Below are positions 1 to 9,972 of a DNA stretch of 64,000 nt, in pieces. A program made the position numbers and the translations under genes. The stretch spans positions 5,088,001-5,152,000 of the forward strand of contig OZ250150.1 in assembly GCA_965237675.1 (NCBI GenBank), given 5' to 3'. How positions within the stretch are numbered: position 1 is the stretch's first letter; the number at the start of each line of letters is the position of its first letter. The notes below the pieces were generated by a model that saw nothing but the letters and a program-made list of their open reading frames with translations, was not told where the DNA came from and made no database searches. Source of the DNA: Candidatus Latescibacterota bacterium (GTDB taxonomy: Bacteria; Latescibacterota; UBA2968; GCA-2709665).

Positions 1-1
1 A

Positions 2-253
2 ACTCAAATAGTCGTACTTGAAAGCCTGCCCGTCCGACGTTCGCCGCTGGACAACATGCCACTCGCGAACCCAGGCTCCGGTTTTGCGTACAACATGCCC
101 CTCGTCAACCCAGGCTCCGGTTTTACGTACACCATGCCGATTGCGAAACCCAACCCTTACATCGACCAAAGGCTGAAGATACTCAGAACGCCAACCGTCA
201 CATACCGCAAGGATTCGATCCGGCCCGAATTCCGACATTTCAAGCGGAAGTAA
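2..253 (+). CDS. 5'-truncated hypothetical protein with 13-aa tandem repeats (NMPLxNPGSGFxY)
   Basis: Frame open from the window edge (TQIVVLESLPVRRSPLDNMPLANPG...) to TAA 251-253, followed by a terminator. Confidence 0.6.
   Translation, partial: TQIVVLESLPVRRSPLDNMPLANPGSGFAYNMPLVNPGSGFTYTMPIAKPNPYIDQRLKILRTPTVTYRKDSIRPEFRHFKRK
51..151 (+). repeat. 39-bp in-frame tandem repeat, 2 full copies + 1 partial
   Basis: acaacatgccactcgcgaacccaggctccggttttgcgt (51-89), acaacatgcccctcgtcaacccaggctccggttttacgt (90-128), acaccatgccgattgcgaaaccc (129-151). Confidence 0.9.
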
Positions 254-281
254 CCCAACCGGGCGACTTACCTCACGACCT

Positions 282-313
282 AAAAAAGGCTCCGGTCACT
301 ACCGGAGCCTTTT
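282..313. terminator. Bidirectional rho-independent terminator
   Basis: aaaaaaggctccggt-cact-accggagcctttt between convergent genes. Confidence 0.85.
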
Positions 314-374
314 CGCCGTCTAATTCGAAACGGATTTCCGGGTGAAAGCCACCCGGAACGACCACCGAATCGCA

Positions 375-1604
375 CTACGCCAGGGTAAGCGCCGTATCGA
401 TCAATCTCTGCCCGGCCTCCCACGTTATCGGCGCCGGCAAATCGGAATTGAACATGAAAGCCGATCGGACCTCGTAACCTCCTCCGTCCCATGCCGCTTT
501 CGACGGGAAATAGCCGGCATGCGCGTTCGCCTGATTGACGATAAACAGTCGATCGCCCGGCCATCGATGCCTCAGCTCAAGCCCCCACGAACCGAAAAGC
601 TGCCCAGGAAAACACGCCAGGAACACATCCCCGATACGAAACCCCTGCACCTCCAATCGCACCGAGGTGGGAACCGCCTCATCCGCCGCTCGCATCGCCA
701 GTTGATCTCTTGCCCAACCCGCCTGGTACGAATCAGGCCTGGAGCGAGCCAACTGTTCCTTCAGATCGGCCTCGGTCGGTATTGCATTCAACGGGCACGT
801 GCAATAAAGCCGTTGCGCGTCGAGTCCACGATTGCCCTTTTGCGTGATGTCCCTGGCCATATTCAGCACCGAACCCGCCAGCCCGCTGCCGATCTTTTTC
901 ACTTCAGCGAAGTTCTGTTCCGGCCGGTACGGCCCCACATCGCCCAGGCAACCGTTGAAAAACGCGGCCGAACCGCCCCAGGCGTCTTCCAGTTTGTCGC
1001 AGACCACTCCGGGAAAGTCCGGGGACCAATGGAGATTCGTCCCCGTCAGGATCGTCGGATGGCAGCCGTAGTTCACCCAGGCGGCCACGACCCGTCCGTC
1101 CGCTCCTGAAAAGCGCACCAGCCCGAGCGTAGAATCTATGGGTCGATCGTCCTTGCGCCGGTTGTGGTGAAATTCAGGTTCCTGCACCTGTGCGAACCCC
1201 ATCGTTACCGGCTGCAGATCATCGGAAGCCCTGACCACCGCCTCGACGATCCGTTCCTCCAGGTCCGCCATATACGAGGGATCGGGTGCGTTTTCACGGA
1301 ACCGGGTGGTTACCGGTCCGGAGTGGGTGTGTGTCGTTGCAACGAGGATGCGGTCGATCGCAATTCCCATCCGCTCCCGAATCGACGTACGTATCCGCTC
1401 CGTGGTCTTCCCGCTGAATCCGACCACGTCCACCACGACAAGTGCGACCCGCACCGAACCCTGTTGGCACACAAAAGCCCTTGCCCACAGCGGCAAATGC
1501 GTTCCTGCGGCCGGGCTCTTTCGACCTGAATATCCGGCCATTGACATACCTATTGGCGGCGTCACGTCAACCTTCGCGGCGCCCATTGTCAGGTTGCCCG
1601 GCAT
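375..1604 (-). CDS. Neutral/alkaline ceramidase-like hydrolase
   Basis: GAAKVDVTPPIG..MAGY, ATTHTHSGP, NYGCHPT and GGYE motifs; RBS gaaggaggag before ATG 1604. Confidence 0.8.
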   Translation of the reverse strand: MPGNLTMGAAKVDVTPPIGMSMAGYSGRKSPAAGTHLPLWARAFVCQQGSVRVALVVVDVVGFSGKTTERIRTSIRERMGIAIDRILVATTHTHSGPVTTRFRENAPDPSYMADLEERIVEAVVRASDDLQPVTMGFAQVQEPEFHHNRRKDDRPIDSTLGLVRFSGADGRVVAAWVNYGCHPTILTGTNLHWSPDFPGVVCDKLEDAWGGSAAFFNGCLGDVGPYRPEQNFAEVKKIGSGLAGSVLNMARDITQKGNRGLDAQRLYCTCPLNAIPTEADLKEQLARSRPDSYQAGWARDQLAMRAADEAVPTSVRLEVQGFRIGDVFLACFPGQLFGSWGLELRHRWPGDRLFIVNQANAHAGYFPSKAAWDGGGYEVRSAFMFNSDLPAPITWEAGQRLIDTALTLA

Positions 1605-1659
1605 ATTCTCCTCCTTCGATCTCGTCGCACCGGAAGCGGTGGGTTCCACTGAATTGCCC

Positions 1660-1688
1660 TTGACACGAATACGTCGCTTATGTATTTT
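1660..1688 (+). promoter_or_regulatory. Sigma70-type promoter for tRNA-Thr
   Basis: TTGACA (1660-1665)-N17-TATTTT (1683-1688). Confidence 0.6.
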
Positions 1689-1736
1689 ATACCGGCCGAA
1701 TTCATGGATGATAATGATCTGTTTTTCATTGCCTTA

Positions 1737-1812
<76 letters not shown>

Positions 1813-1820
1813 CTTACAGG

Positions 1821-1856
1821 AAAGGGCCTGTGCGCTTCTATACACAAGCCCTTTTT
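1821..1856. terminator. Terminator between tRNA and transaldolase gene
   Basis: aaagggc.tgtg...caca.gcccttttt hairpin with A/T tails. Confidence 0.7.
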
Positions 1857-1892
1857 GGTTGTCAGCTGTGCCGCCACGCCCGGACAGAAATC

Positions 1893-2561
1893 CTATGCGA
1901 TAACCGTCTCTCGCTGATTTTCCTTCCACGCGTTCCAATCGTTCAAAAAACGCTCCAGGCCGTCATCGGTCAATGGATGCGCCAATAGTTTCTTCAGCAC
2001 GTCCGGCGGCAACGTAGACACATCAGCTCCCGCCCGAGCCGCGTCGATGACATGGAGAGGGTGTCGGAGACTGGCCGCCAGTACCTCCGTTTGGAAATCA
2101 TAATTGTCGTAGATCTGCCGTATGGTCTTGACCAGCTCCATTCCAACGTGTCCTATATCGTCCAGGCGCCCCACAAAAGGACTGATATAAGCCGCTCCGG
2201 CCTTGGCGGCCAGCAGCGCCTGGTTGGCGGAAAAACACAGGGTCACATTGGTTCTGATCTGTTCATCGCTACAGGCCTTAATAGCCTTCAACCCGTCCAG
2301 GGTTATGGGAATCTTGACAACCACGTTGTCATGTATGCTTGCCAGATGGCGAGCCTCCTGGAGCATCAGTCGCCACTCGGTACTCACGACCTCCGCGCTG
2401 ACCGGACCGTCCACCAACTCGCAGATTTCCAATATTATCTGTTCAAACGTGCCTTCTTCCTTTGAAATATGCGTCGGATTGGTTGTTACACCATCCAGAA
2501 CCCCCATTTCGTTGGCCTCGCGGATCTCATCCAGATCGGCAGTGTCGATAAAGAACTTCAT
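1893..2561 (-). CDS. tal: Transaldolase / fructose-6-phosphate aldolase (short TalC/FSA type)
   Basis: [20 protein letters not shown] (Schiff-base Lys), [18 protein letters not shown]. Confidence 0.93.
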   Translation of the reverse strand: MKFFIDTADLDEIREANEMGVLDGVTTNPTHISKEEGTFEQIILEICELVDGPVSAEVVSTEWRLMLQEARHLASIHDNVVVKIPITLDGLKAIKACSDEQIRTNVTLCFSANQALLAAKAGAAYISPFVGRLDDIGHVGMELVKTIRQIYDNYDFQTEVLAASLRHPLHVIDAARAGADVSTLPPDVLKKLLAHPLTDDGLERFLNDWNAWKENQRETVIA

Positions 2562-2677
2562 TGCGCCCTCCTGTAATGTGGTTATCGAGGGAGACTCAAT
2601 ATTCCAGGTATCGGTGAATCTTCAGATGTCCCTTTATAGCAACTCGTCCGGTGCGGTGGGTTCGGGTCTTACGCGAT

Positions 2678-3727
2678 TCAAAACACCCGCTCTACCAGAA
2701 AGCTGCACATCTCGCGCATCGTTTCCCGGGCCTCGGACGGAGGTATCTCATCCAGATGCGCTTCGGCGGAAGCCGCCCACTCCCGGCATGCATCTTCGGC
2801 CCGCTCGATCGAACCGTAGTGCTCCATTAGCGAAATCGTCCGTTCGACCTCGTCCATCCCCGTCTTGGAACGATCCCGATTCAGAATATCCCGTACCCAT
2901 TCCCGTTCATTCGCCGTACATCTATGAAACAGATCGATCACCATCAGGGTCCGTTTGCCCTCTGCGATGTCTCCGCCACGTTCCTTGCCGTAACCGCCGG
3001 AGGTCGTCATTGGGGCCTGGAGTGCATCCTCGGCCCGCACCGTCAGATTCAGCAGATCGTCCCTGATTTGAAACGCCACCGCCATTCGCTCGCCGAATGT
3101 GCCCACTGCCCGTTGACAAGCTGAAGATGCACCGGCGATGATCGCACCCGCGGTGCAGGGGCCCCAACCGCTATACCAGCCCGTCTTCAGGCGTAACATC
3201 TCCAAGAAGGCATCAACTTCGGGAACCTCGCCCGATTCGATCCATCCAATGTCGTAAGCCTGTCCTTCAAATGTGCGCTGCGCTCCCTGAAGCATCTCCT
3301 GGATCAGATGAAGCGCCACGTCATCGCCGAGAGTCTCGCGATTGGAAGCGAGAATTTCAAACACCTTCGAATGTAGCGCATCGCCGGCATTGATGCTCAG
3401 CGGCACACCGTGGAGGTGGTGCAAACAGGGTTTGCCCCTGCGCATTTCCGAACCGTCTTCAATATCGTCGTGAACCAGTGCAAAAGACTGAAACATCTCA
3501 AACGCCGCCGCCGTCCGCAGCGCCTTCTCCGCGGCTCCTCCCAACCCCTCACAGGCCAGCAGCACCAGTGCCGACCGAAACCGCTTTCCGCCCCGAATCG
3601 GATAATCCCGCATCGGTTCGTACAAATATCTGAGTGGCTCGGCCTTAGGCAGGAACCTGAAAAGCTCTGCGTCGATGAGGGGTACAAAGGACTCGAGGTA
3701 AACCTTTAGACGATCCTTCACCGGCAA
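2678..3727 (-). CDS. Polyprenyl diphosphate synthase, GGPP synthase type-I-like
   Basis: RGGKRFR, FARM FALVHDDIED..RRG, GQAYD, KTGWYS, SARM FQIRDDLLN, DIAEGKRT. Confidence 0.9.
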   Translation of the reverse strand: MPVKDRLKVYLESFVPLIDAELFRFLPKAEPLRYLYEPMRDYPIRGGKRFRSALVLLACEGLGGAAEKALRTAAAFEMFQSFALVHDDIEDGSEMRRGKPCLHHLHGVPLSINAGDALHSKVFEILASNRETLGDDVALHLIQEMLQGAQRTFEGQAYDIGWIESGEVPEVDAFLEMLRLKTGWYSGWGPCTAGAIIAGASSACQRAVGTFGERMAVAFQIRDDLLNLTVRAEDALQAPMTTSGGYGKERGGDIAEGKRTLMVIDLFHRCTANEREWVRDILNRDRSKTGMDEVERTISLMEHYGSIERAEDACREWAASAEAHLDEIPPSEARETMREMCSFLVERVF

Positions 3728-4040
3728 ATTCCTTGCGCTCTTGTCCGGAGCTTCGGTGCGACTTTAACTTCGGGCTGTTCACCTGAGCGGCGAGACGTCC
3801 CTTGTGTACGCAATCCATCCGTGGCAATCAGACCCGTTCTGTGAAGGGGCTGCAGACTTGACAATATTCGTTCAGGAGAAATTGGTGAGAAGGAGCAATA
3901 CCAGGGAAGGAGGAGGTTGGGGAAGACTATGCACGACAATATAGCGACAAGCATAAATGCGGTCAACTGTTTTCGTCTCCGAGCGCAGAATGTATTTAGA
4001 TGTCCGCAGAGGTTCACGCGCTCGATGCAAAGACCCGCCC

Positions 4041-4979
4041 TCATCGCCCCCGGTAGGCATCAAAGACAATTCTCAGATCCTGTTTGGCTCTCAGAAAGTC
4101 CGAATGCGGCTTCCGGCTTCGATCTTCCAGACATCGCAAGAAATCCCGGGTCATTTCCCGATACCCCATCAGGTCCGACATTCCGGGAAAGTACAACCGG
4201 ACTCCACAATGCCCTGTCTGGAGAACATAGAGACCATTGCTCTCAAATGTAATCTGCCCGTGTGTGCCACAAATGCGGGAATGCTGGAAGGCGCCCTTAG
4301 TGCGGCTCCTCGTGTTCCACGAATACCTCAGCTCAGCCGTCACGCCGCCAGGATAGGTCAGCGTTGTAACCGATGACCGCTCCGGTTGTCCCTCGCGGCG
4401 TCCGGGAAACCACCCAATGACGCGTTCCGGCGCACACTCGAACAGTGCGGAAATCAACGCGACGAAATGGATTCCGCCCTCAAGCAACGCCCCGTACCGG
4501 CGTTTCCAACCGGATGTCGACTGTGTGAACAGCTTTTTCACGAGTACCGACCTGATGTCTCCGAACCGGCTCTTCCCGGTCAATACCCTGATTTTCTTGA
4601 GCGACGGCTTGTAATAGTAGTTTTCGGCCACCATCAACAGCGCGTCCGGATGCAGGACCAGCGCTTCCTCGACCTCATCCACCTCCGCCGGCGAAACGCA
4701 CATCGGCTTTTCAACCATCACCGCTTTGCCCGCCGCCAGCGAACGGATCACCTGATCCTTATGGAACGCCGGCGGGGATGCGATCAACACCGCATCCACG
4801 TCGGATGTCGCCAGCGCATCCCCCAGACGGCTGAAGGTGCCGCCGCCGCGAAATTCAACATTGAAACGACGGGCGCTTTCCTCGGATCGACTGCAAAAAA
4901 GAAGCTCGGCGGCGCCTGCCAGGTTTTTCGCGTGCAGCCGAGCGATGTTCCCACAGCCGACCAGACAGATTTTTTTCAT
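4041..4979 (-). CDS. Gfo/Idh/MocA family oxidoreductase
   Basis: ICLVGCGNIA Rossmann motif, VEKPM, LLEGGIH. Confidence 0.9.
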   Translation of the reverse strand: MKKICLVGCGNIARLHAKNLAGAAELLFCSRSEESARRFNVEFRGGGTFSRLGDALATSDVDAVLIASPPAFHKDQVIRSLAAGKAVMVEKPMCVSPAEVDEVEEALVLHPDALLMVAENYYYKPSLKKIRVLTGKSRFGDIRSVLVKKLFTQSTSGWKRRYGALLEGGIHFVALISALFECAPERVIGWFPGRREGQPERSSVTTLTYPGGVTAELRYSWNTRSRTKGAFQHSRICGTHGQITFESNGLYVLQTGHCGVRLYFPGMSDLMGYREMTRDFLRCLEDRSRKPHSDFLRAKQDLRIVFDAYRGR

Positions 4980-5045
4980 GTTCCGGATTCCAGGACGGAT
5001 GAGTCAGGTCCAGGCGTCGTCATCGCCAGCCAGGCAGTGGGGTCT

Positions 5046-6542
5046 CTATCCGTATTCCGCGCGGATGACATCCCCTACCCGTAACGCATTGGCGGCGATG
5101 GTGAGGCTCGGATTCACCCCTCCAGATGTGGGCATAAAGCTGCCGTCGAGGACGAAGAGATTGTCAATACCTCGAAACCGGCAGAATTCATCGAGAACGC
5201 TGTCTCGGGCGTGGTCACCAAAACGAAGCGACCCCACGGCGTGGGAGAACGTCTCCAGTTTGTACACGCGGCGGAAGAGGCCGCCCCCCTGCTTCAGAAT
5301 TCGTCCGGCTCTTTCGGTCAGGTAATCCCTTCGGACGCGGTCTGCATCCGAGTATTGATGGACGACTCCGGTGACCGCGATTCCGTAATCGTCCTGGCGG
5401 GTGGTCAGACGCACACGATTTTCAAATTGGGGATCGTCTTCCGCGATGCAGAGCAGATTTTGAACGTAGTTCGCCACCAGTGCGGACAACTTACCGTATC
5501 CGAGGGGTGCGTAGTGCTTCAACACCTCCGGGGCGGGGGTGTAGATATCCTGAATCGTTCCCACTGCCGTGCCCAGTCGATCTCTCAGGTCTTCGTAGAA
5601 ATCCGTAAAGCACAACTGCTTGTGAAATACACGATCCGGATTGGTCCGGAATGGAAAGAGACCGGTGACCACTGCATTACAATGCCGCATCAAGAACCTG
5701 CCGACCAGGCGTTGGTTGCCGAGTCGCTCCAGCCCGGACCGCAACAGAATGGCGGGGCTCTGCAGGGCCCCGGCGCTGAGTATCACGATCTTGGCAGTGA
5801 AATCCACCGCCCGTTTTGAAGTCCCATCCAGACATCTGACCCGCATGACCCTCCCGCTCCGTGTTTCCAGTTGCAGTACGATCATCCCGGGCATGATATC
5901 CAGGTCGAATGCCTGAGCCTTTGCCAGAAGGGTCATAGCCACATCGTTTTTTGCTTCGATTCGGCATGGAAATCCATCGCAGGTCGAACATCGGATACAC
6001 GTGGGCCGATCCCTGTTTGTGAAATTCAGCGCCAGCGGTATCTTAAAGGGACGGTGCCCGAGTGCCCTCGCGGCTTCGTATATCCGCTTCGCCGGAGGCG
6101 TAAGTTCTATGCATTCGAACCGATAGGCCCCGGACCTCGGTGGCTCGTACATATCCTTGCCCGCCTGACCATGCACCTCCAGCAGATGCTCCGCCAGCGT
6201 ATAGTACGGCTCCATTGCCGCGTAATCAATCGGCCAATTCGAGAAATCCTTCTCGCGCAACCGGAGCGACGCCCCTCCATAAAAGACCGACATTCCACCG
6301 ACCGCTTCGTTCGGATAAACGGATTGAGGGGCCCGGTCACCCTCTACCACCACCGGCGAACGGCTTCTGTACCGTTGATCAATAAGGATCCCGCGCGGGC
6401 TCCAGTCCAGTGCATCCCGCTTCACCCACCCGCCTCGTTCGAGCAGAAGCGTCCGGAAACCCGCCCGGCTGAGCGCATACGCCGCGGCGCCGCCTCCAAG
6501 ACCGGACCCGATTACAATGGCTTCATAGGGCCGTGAGTTCAT
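5046..6542 (-). CDS. GMC family FAD oxidoreductase
   Basis: IVIGSGLGGG, LLERG, LSAGALQSPAILLRSG, HAVGSLRFG, NLFVLDGSFMPTSGGVNPSLTI. Confidence 0.92.
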   Translation of the reverse strand: MNSRPYEAIVIGSGLGGGAAAYALSRAGFRTLLLERGGWVKRDALDWSPRGILIDQRYRSRSPVVVEGDRAPQSVYPNEAVGGMSVFYGGASLRLREKDFSNWPIDYAAMEPYYTLAEHLLEVHGQAGKDMYEPPRSGAYRFECIELTPPAKRIYEAARALGHRPFKIPLALNFTNRDRPTCIRCSTCDGFPCRIEAKNDVAMTLLAKAQAFDLDIMPGMIVLQLETRSGRVMRVRCLDGTSKRAVDFTAKIVILSAGALQSPAILLRSGLERLGNQRLVGRFLMRHCNAVVTGLFPFRTNPDRVFHKQLCFTDFYEDLRDRLGTAVGTIQDIYTPAPEVLKHYAPLGYGKLSALVANYVQNLLCIAEDDPQFENRVRLTTRQDDYGIAVTGVVHQYSDADRVRRDYLTERAGRILKQGGGLFRRVYKLETFSHAVGSLRFGDHARDSVLDEFCRFRGIDNLFVLDGSFMPTSGGVNPSLTIAANALRVGDVIRAEYG

Positions 6543-7323
6543 AGACGTACAGAATTGTCAGACCAACAATTATGATCCACGCCATATAGTGGTATTTTTC
6601 GCGTGTCTCGATATAACGGGATATTCGCGGCAGGTCCGGTCTGAACTTGCCGGACATGGTGCGCTGCACGAAGGTCTTGTAATACTCGACCAGAAACCGC
6701 TCCAATCCACCGTTCATGAAAATCAGATAACCGAGCGGCACCGGTGAAAGCGGATCGTTCGAAAAGAAAAACAGTGGAGAACAAATGGCCAGCACCGTTG
6801 CGGACCGGAAAAACTTCAGGGGAGCGAATCCTTCAAAGGGAGCGTCCTTGTACGCCCCTCCGAGAGAAACCAGCAATCCCGTCGAAAAGGCGACCGCGGC
6901 GAATCCCGGGAAATCCTCGATCCGGACTGAAAGAAACAGCAGGGAAAAGACCCCCGACACCAGAACAACACCGGAGAAGAGTCGCAACGGTTCGCTGGTA
7001 ACCGGCCGGCCGAAAAACGTAATTCTGGACGGCACGGCGTATTTCGACTGATCCTCCGATCTGAAGAACCCCTTGTACAGCTCCGCGAGGAACCGTTCCA
7101 GGCCCATGATGGCAAAGAAGACCTGGAACAGGCTCAATTGGCGGAAACTTCCATGAAATAAGGGCAGCCAATAAAGCGCACAAAAAATAACGGCATGAAA
7201 ATAAACGCTGCGGGGAAAGGTGCGCCGCTTCAGGCCCTCAAAGGGAGAGTCCTTGAAAGCACCCCACAAAGAGGTGTATAGTCCTGAAATCAAACTGACG
7301 ACAAAAGAGAACCAAAAGTGCAT
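6523..7323 (-). CDS. Unknown integral membrane protein with a two-fold internal repeat
   Basis: About 7 hydrophobic segments; LWGAFKDSPFEG...GLERFLAELYK repeated as LGGAYKDAPFEG...GLERFLVEYYK; overlaps the GMC start by 20 bp. Confidence 0.8.
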   Translation of the reverse strand: MHFWFSFVVSLISGLYTSLWGAFKDSPFEGLKRRTFPRSVYFHAVIFCALYWLPLFHGSFRQLSLFQVFFAIMGLERFLAELYKGFFRSEDQSKYAVPSRITFFGRPVTSEPLRLFSGVVLVSGVFSLLFLSVRIEDFPGFAAVAFSTGLLVSLGGAYKDAPFEGFAPLKFFRSATVLAICSPLFFFSNDPLSPVPLGYLIFMNGGLERFLVEYYKTFVQRTMSGKFRPDLPRISRYIETREKYHYMAWIIIVGLTILYVYELTAL

Positions 7324-7511
7324 GTGTGGCCGCCCGGGTCGGTTCCTGCATGAATCAGAAACAATCGAAAATGATACATCCGCCTGTCTAACGGGTCAAG
7401 ATTTGGCCCGTTAGGACAAAAAAGACAGAACACGCGGCGGAGCGCATCTTCTGTCTTCGAAAAATAGAGTCTTCGATCAGCCCGGCGGGCGTCTAACAAC
7501 CGGGCGTCAAC

Positions 7512-9968
7512 CTACCTGGCCATGTCGGACGGCCGCGCGCTCTTTACTCTCGCCGCTCCCCGGTTCCGTTTCCATCGATCGAGGATCTCAAGCACCGCGG
7601 GCAATACCACAATGGCCGCGACAAAACAGGTCAGAAGGCCGATCACGGCCAGCTTGCCAATTGAGTTCAACCCGGGATGTCTGGCCGTAATCAAACCGAA
7701 AAAGCCGATCATCGTGGTCAGCATCGATACGAGCATCGCGCCGCCGGTATTCCTGAGGATCACAGGTATCGAATTCGCGCCTTCCTCCTGATACCGGTGG
7801 AACAGATGAACGCCGTTATCGATCCCCATACCGATAATGGTCGGCAGGGCAACCATGTTATAAAAGTTTAATTTCATTCCGGACACGAACATACTCCCAC
7901 ACATCCAGACTGCACCACACGTTAGAGGCAACATAACCAACAATCCGTTTCGGATACTTCGAAAATCAATAAAAACAATAAGAAACACGACGAGAAGCGT
8001 GATGCTTATCGCCCACTTGCTGTCCCGAATCATCAATTTCAGCATATCGGCGAAAATAACGCTGGAACTGGAGGAATAAATCGTCTTGCCGGAGTCGGTC
8101 GTTATCAAATGGGTGTCGTCCGCAAACTCGATGGCCTTTCGACCGTCCCGAAGTGGCACGCTGGGGTAGATGAACGCAAAGTACGCCCGGCTTCCGTCGA
8201 CGGTGGAGAATTTGCGCAGTATGATCCTCGGCAGGTCATCCACGTCCAGCCTTTTCACATCCATCAGCTTACGCAAATCGTCCACCCGCTCCATCTGCTC
8301 GCCCTTCAGCAGTTTCACACCTTCGCCGTCTACAAGCTCACGCAGTTCAGCGACGACCTCCAGCTTCTCCTCCTGTTGTTCGGGAAGGAAGGACCAGAGC
8401 GTCCTGATCTTGTCGATCGTTGGCGTCGGGTCATCCGCTGCAATCTTGGCGTTCAAGGCCGCGACAATTTCGTCCAGTTCTTCTTTGCTGTCGGCCAGAA
8501 CCACGCTCGGAGAATGGGACTCGCCCCTGAATTTCGAAAGCGTATTGATCTTGTCTTTCACTTTCTTGGATGTGGCAAGATTGGACCGCAAATTGGTAAA
8601 ATCGTATTCGAATTGTATTCGGTCGAGATTATAACCCAGATAGACCGTGACCGCGATAGCAACCACGAACACCGGCCACGCCAACGGAAACCTGCCCTTC
8701 CCACCGCCCCGGTCGTGCCCCAGTACATGCCGCATTCGAACAAGCTTCAGGCGCTCGTCAGCCAGAACCAGAAAGGCCGGCAGAACGATCGTCATCGACA
8801 CGAGCGACATAACGATCCCCGTACCCACAATGAAACCGAATTCGGAGAATCCCTTGAAATCCGTGATCGTCAGTGAATAGAACGCCATCGACGTGGTCAA
8901 TGCGGCCGTCAGGATGGCCTGCCCCGTCCGGATCAACATTGTCTCCACGGACCGCCTCACGTCCATGTTCGCCATGCGATCTTCCAGGTACCGTCCAAAC
9001 ATGTGAATACCGAAATCGATACCCAGACCGAACAGAATCACAAACAGGAATCCGGTCATCGTATTCAAGTTGCCAATGGTCCAATAGGTGATGGCGAAAG
9101 CCCACGTCAACCCCATAATGAGCGGGATGGCAACAAAAAAGACAGCCAGCGGCTGCCGAAAATAAAACGTGAGGAGCAAAACAACACCGACCACACCAAA
9201 TATCAACGTCGACTTGATGTCGCCGAGAATAACATTATATTCATCGATCTTGTTCTTGTACGATCCCCCGATCGAGATCAGCATTTCGGGATGATAAGAC
9301 CCTGGGTTCAGCTCTTGCACGGCGTTCTGAAGCATACCGTACATCTCTTTGCTGAAACCAATATTACTCACCGTTCCTGATGCCATAACCTCCACGGCAA
9401 CGATGGTGCTGTCCGGATTGGTATAATAGACTTCGTGGCCACGGTCACCGTCTTCTTTGTACTTCGCTTCAATATCCGAAAAGTCCAGCGCCTCTTCGTC
9501 GTCGTCCAGCCTGAAAAACAAAGGTGATAACTTCAGTTTCTCCTGGCGGATGCGATCGTCGATGCGAAGCTGAATTTCCTCCAGATCCTCCAGATCCATA
9601 TACAGCAGCGCGTTATCTTTGAAAAAATCGACATCCCGCTTGTAATCGACGTAATTTACGTATTTCCAATATTTTTCGGCCTTCAGTTCAACAACCAGAT
9701 CATCCACAAATCGCCTGGATAGCGAAAAATCATCACACTCGACCAGAACCACCATACTTCCCACGCCGCCAAGCCGGGCTTTGATATCTTCCAGCGTCTG
9801 TACGCTGGGGTAATGTTCCGGAATCAGGGAAGCGATATCCGTCTCAAGACGCTGGATCAGACGAAAGACAAAAAAACCGCAAAAAATGGACAGGAGAGCC
9901 GCAACGACAATTATACCGGCGTACCGTCGATAGACAAAGTCCGCCAGAAACCGCAACCATTCCTGCAT
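7512..9968 (-). CDS. MMPL/RND family transporter (HpnN-like)
   Basis: Two TM bundles with GLGIDFGIH and GMGIDNGVH motifs, large periplasmic loops, 818 aa. Confidence 0.9.
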   Translation of the reverse strand: MQEWLRFLADFVYRRYAGIIVVAALLSIFCGFFVFRLIQRLETDIASLIPEHYPSVQTLEDIKARLGGVGSMVVLVECDDFSLSRRFVDDLVVELKAEKYWKYVNYVDYKRDVDFFKDNALLYMDLEDLEEIQLRIDDRIRQEKLKLSPLFFRLDDDEEALDFSDIEAKYKEDGDRGHEVYYTNPDSTIVAVEVMASGTVSNIGFSKEMYGMLQNAVQELNPGSYHPEMLISIGGSYKNKIDEYNVILGDIKSTLIFGVVGVVLLLTFYFRQPLAVFFVAIPLIMGLTWAFAITYWTIGNLNTMTGFLFVILFGLGIDFGIHMFGRYLEDRMANMDVRRSVETMLIRTGQAILTAALTTSMAFYSLTITDFKGFSEFGFIVGTGIVMSLVSMTIVLPAFLVLADERLKLVRMRHVLGHDRGGGKGRFPLAWPVFVVAIAVTVYLGYNLDRIQFEYDFTNLRSNLATSKKVKDKINTLSKFRGESHSPSVVLADSKEELDEIVAALNAKIAADDPTPTIDKIRTLWSFLPEQQEEKLEVVAELRELVDGEGVKLLKGEQMERVDDLRKLMDVKRLDVDDLPRIILRKFSTVDGSRAYFAFIYPSVPLRDGRKAIEFADDTHLITTDSGKTIYSSSSSVIFADMLKLMIRDSKWAISITLLVVFLIVFIDFRSIRNGLLVMLPLTCGAVWMCGSMFVSGMKLNFYNMVALPTIIGMGIDNGVHLFHRYQEEGANSIPVILRNTGGAMLVSMLTTMIGFFGLITARHPGLNSIGKLAVIGLLTCFVAAIVVLPAVLEILDRWKRNRGAARVKSARPSDMAR

Positions 9969-9972
9969 GAAA

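Noticed and set aside
51-151. Possible CRISPR array
   Set aside because: Units are contiguous with no unique spacers and stay in frame within a CDS; no cas genes in the window
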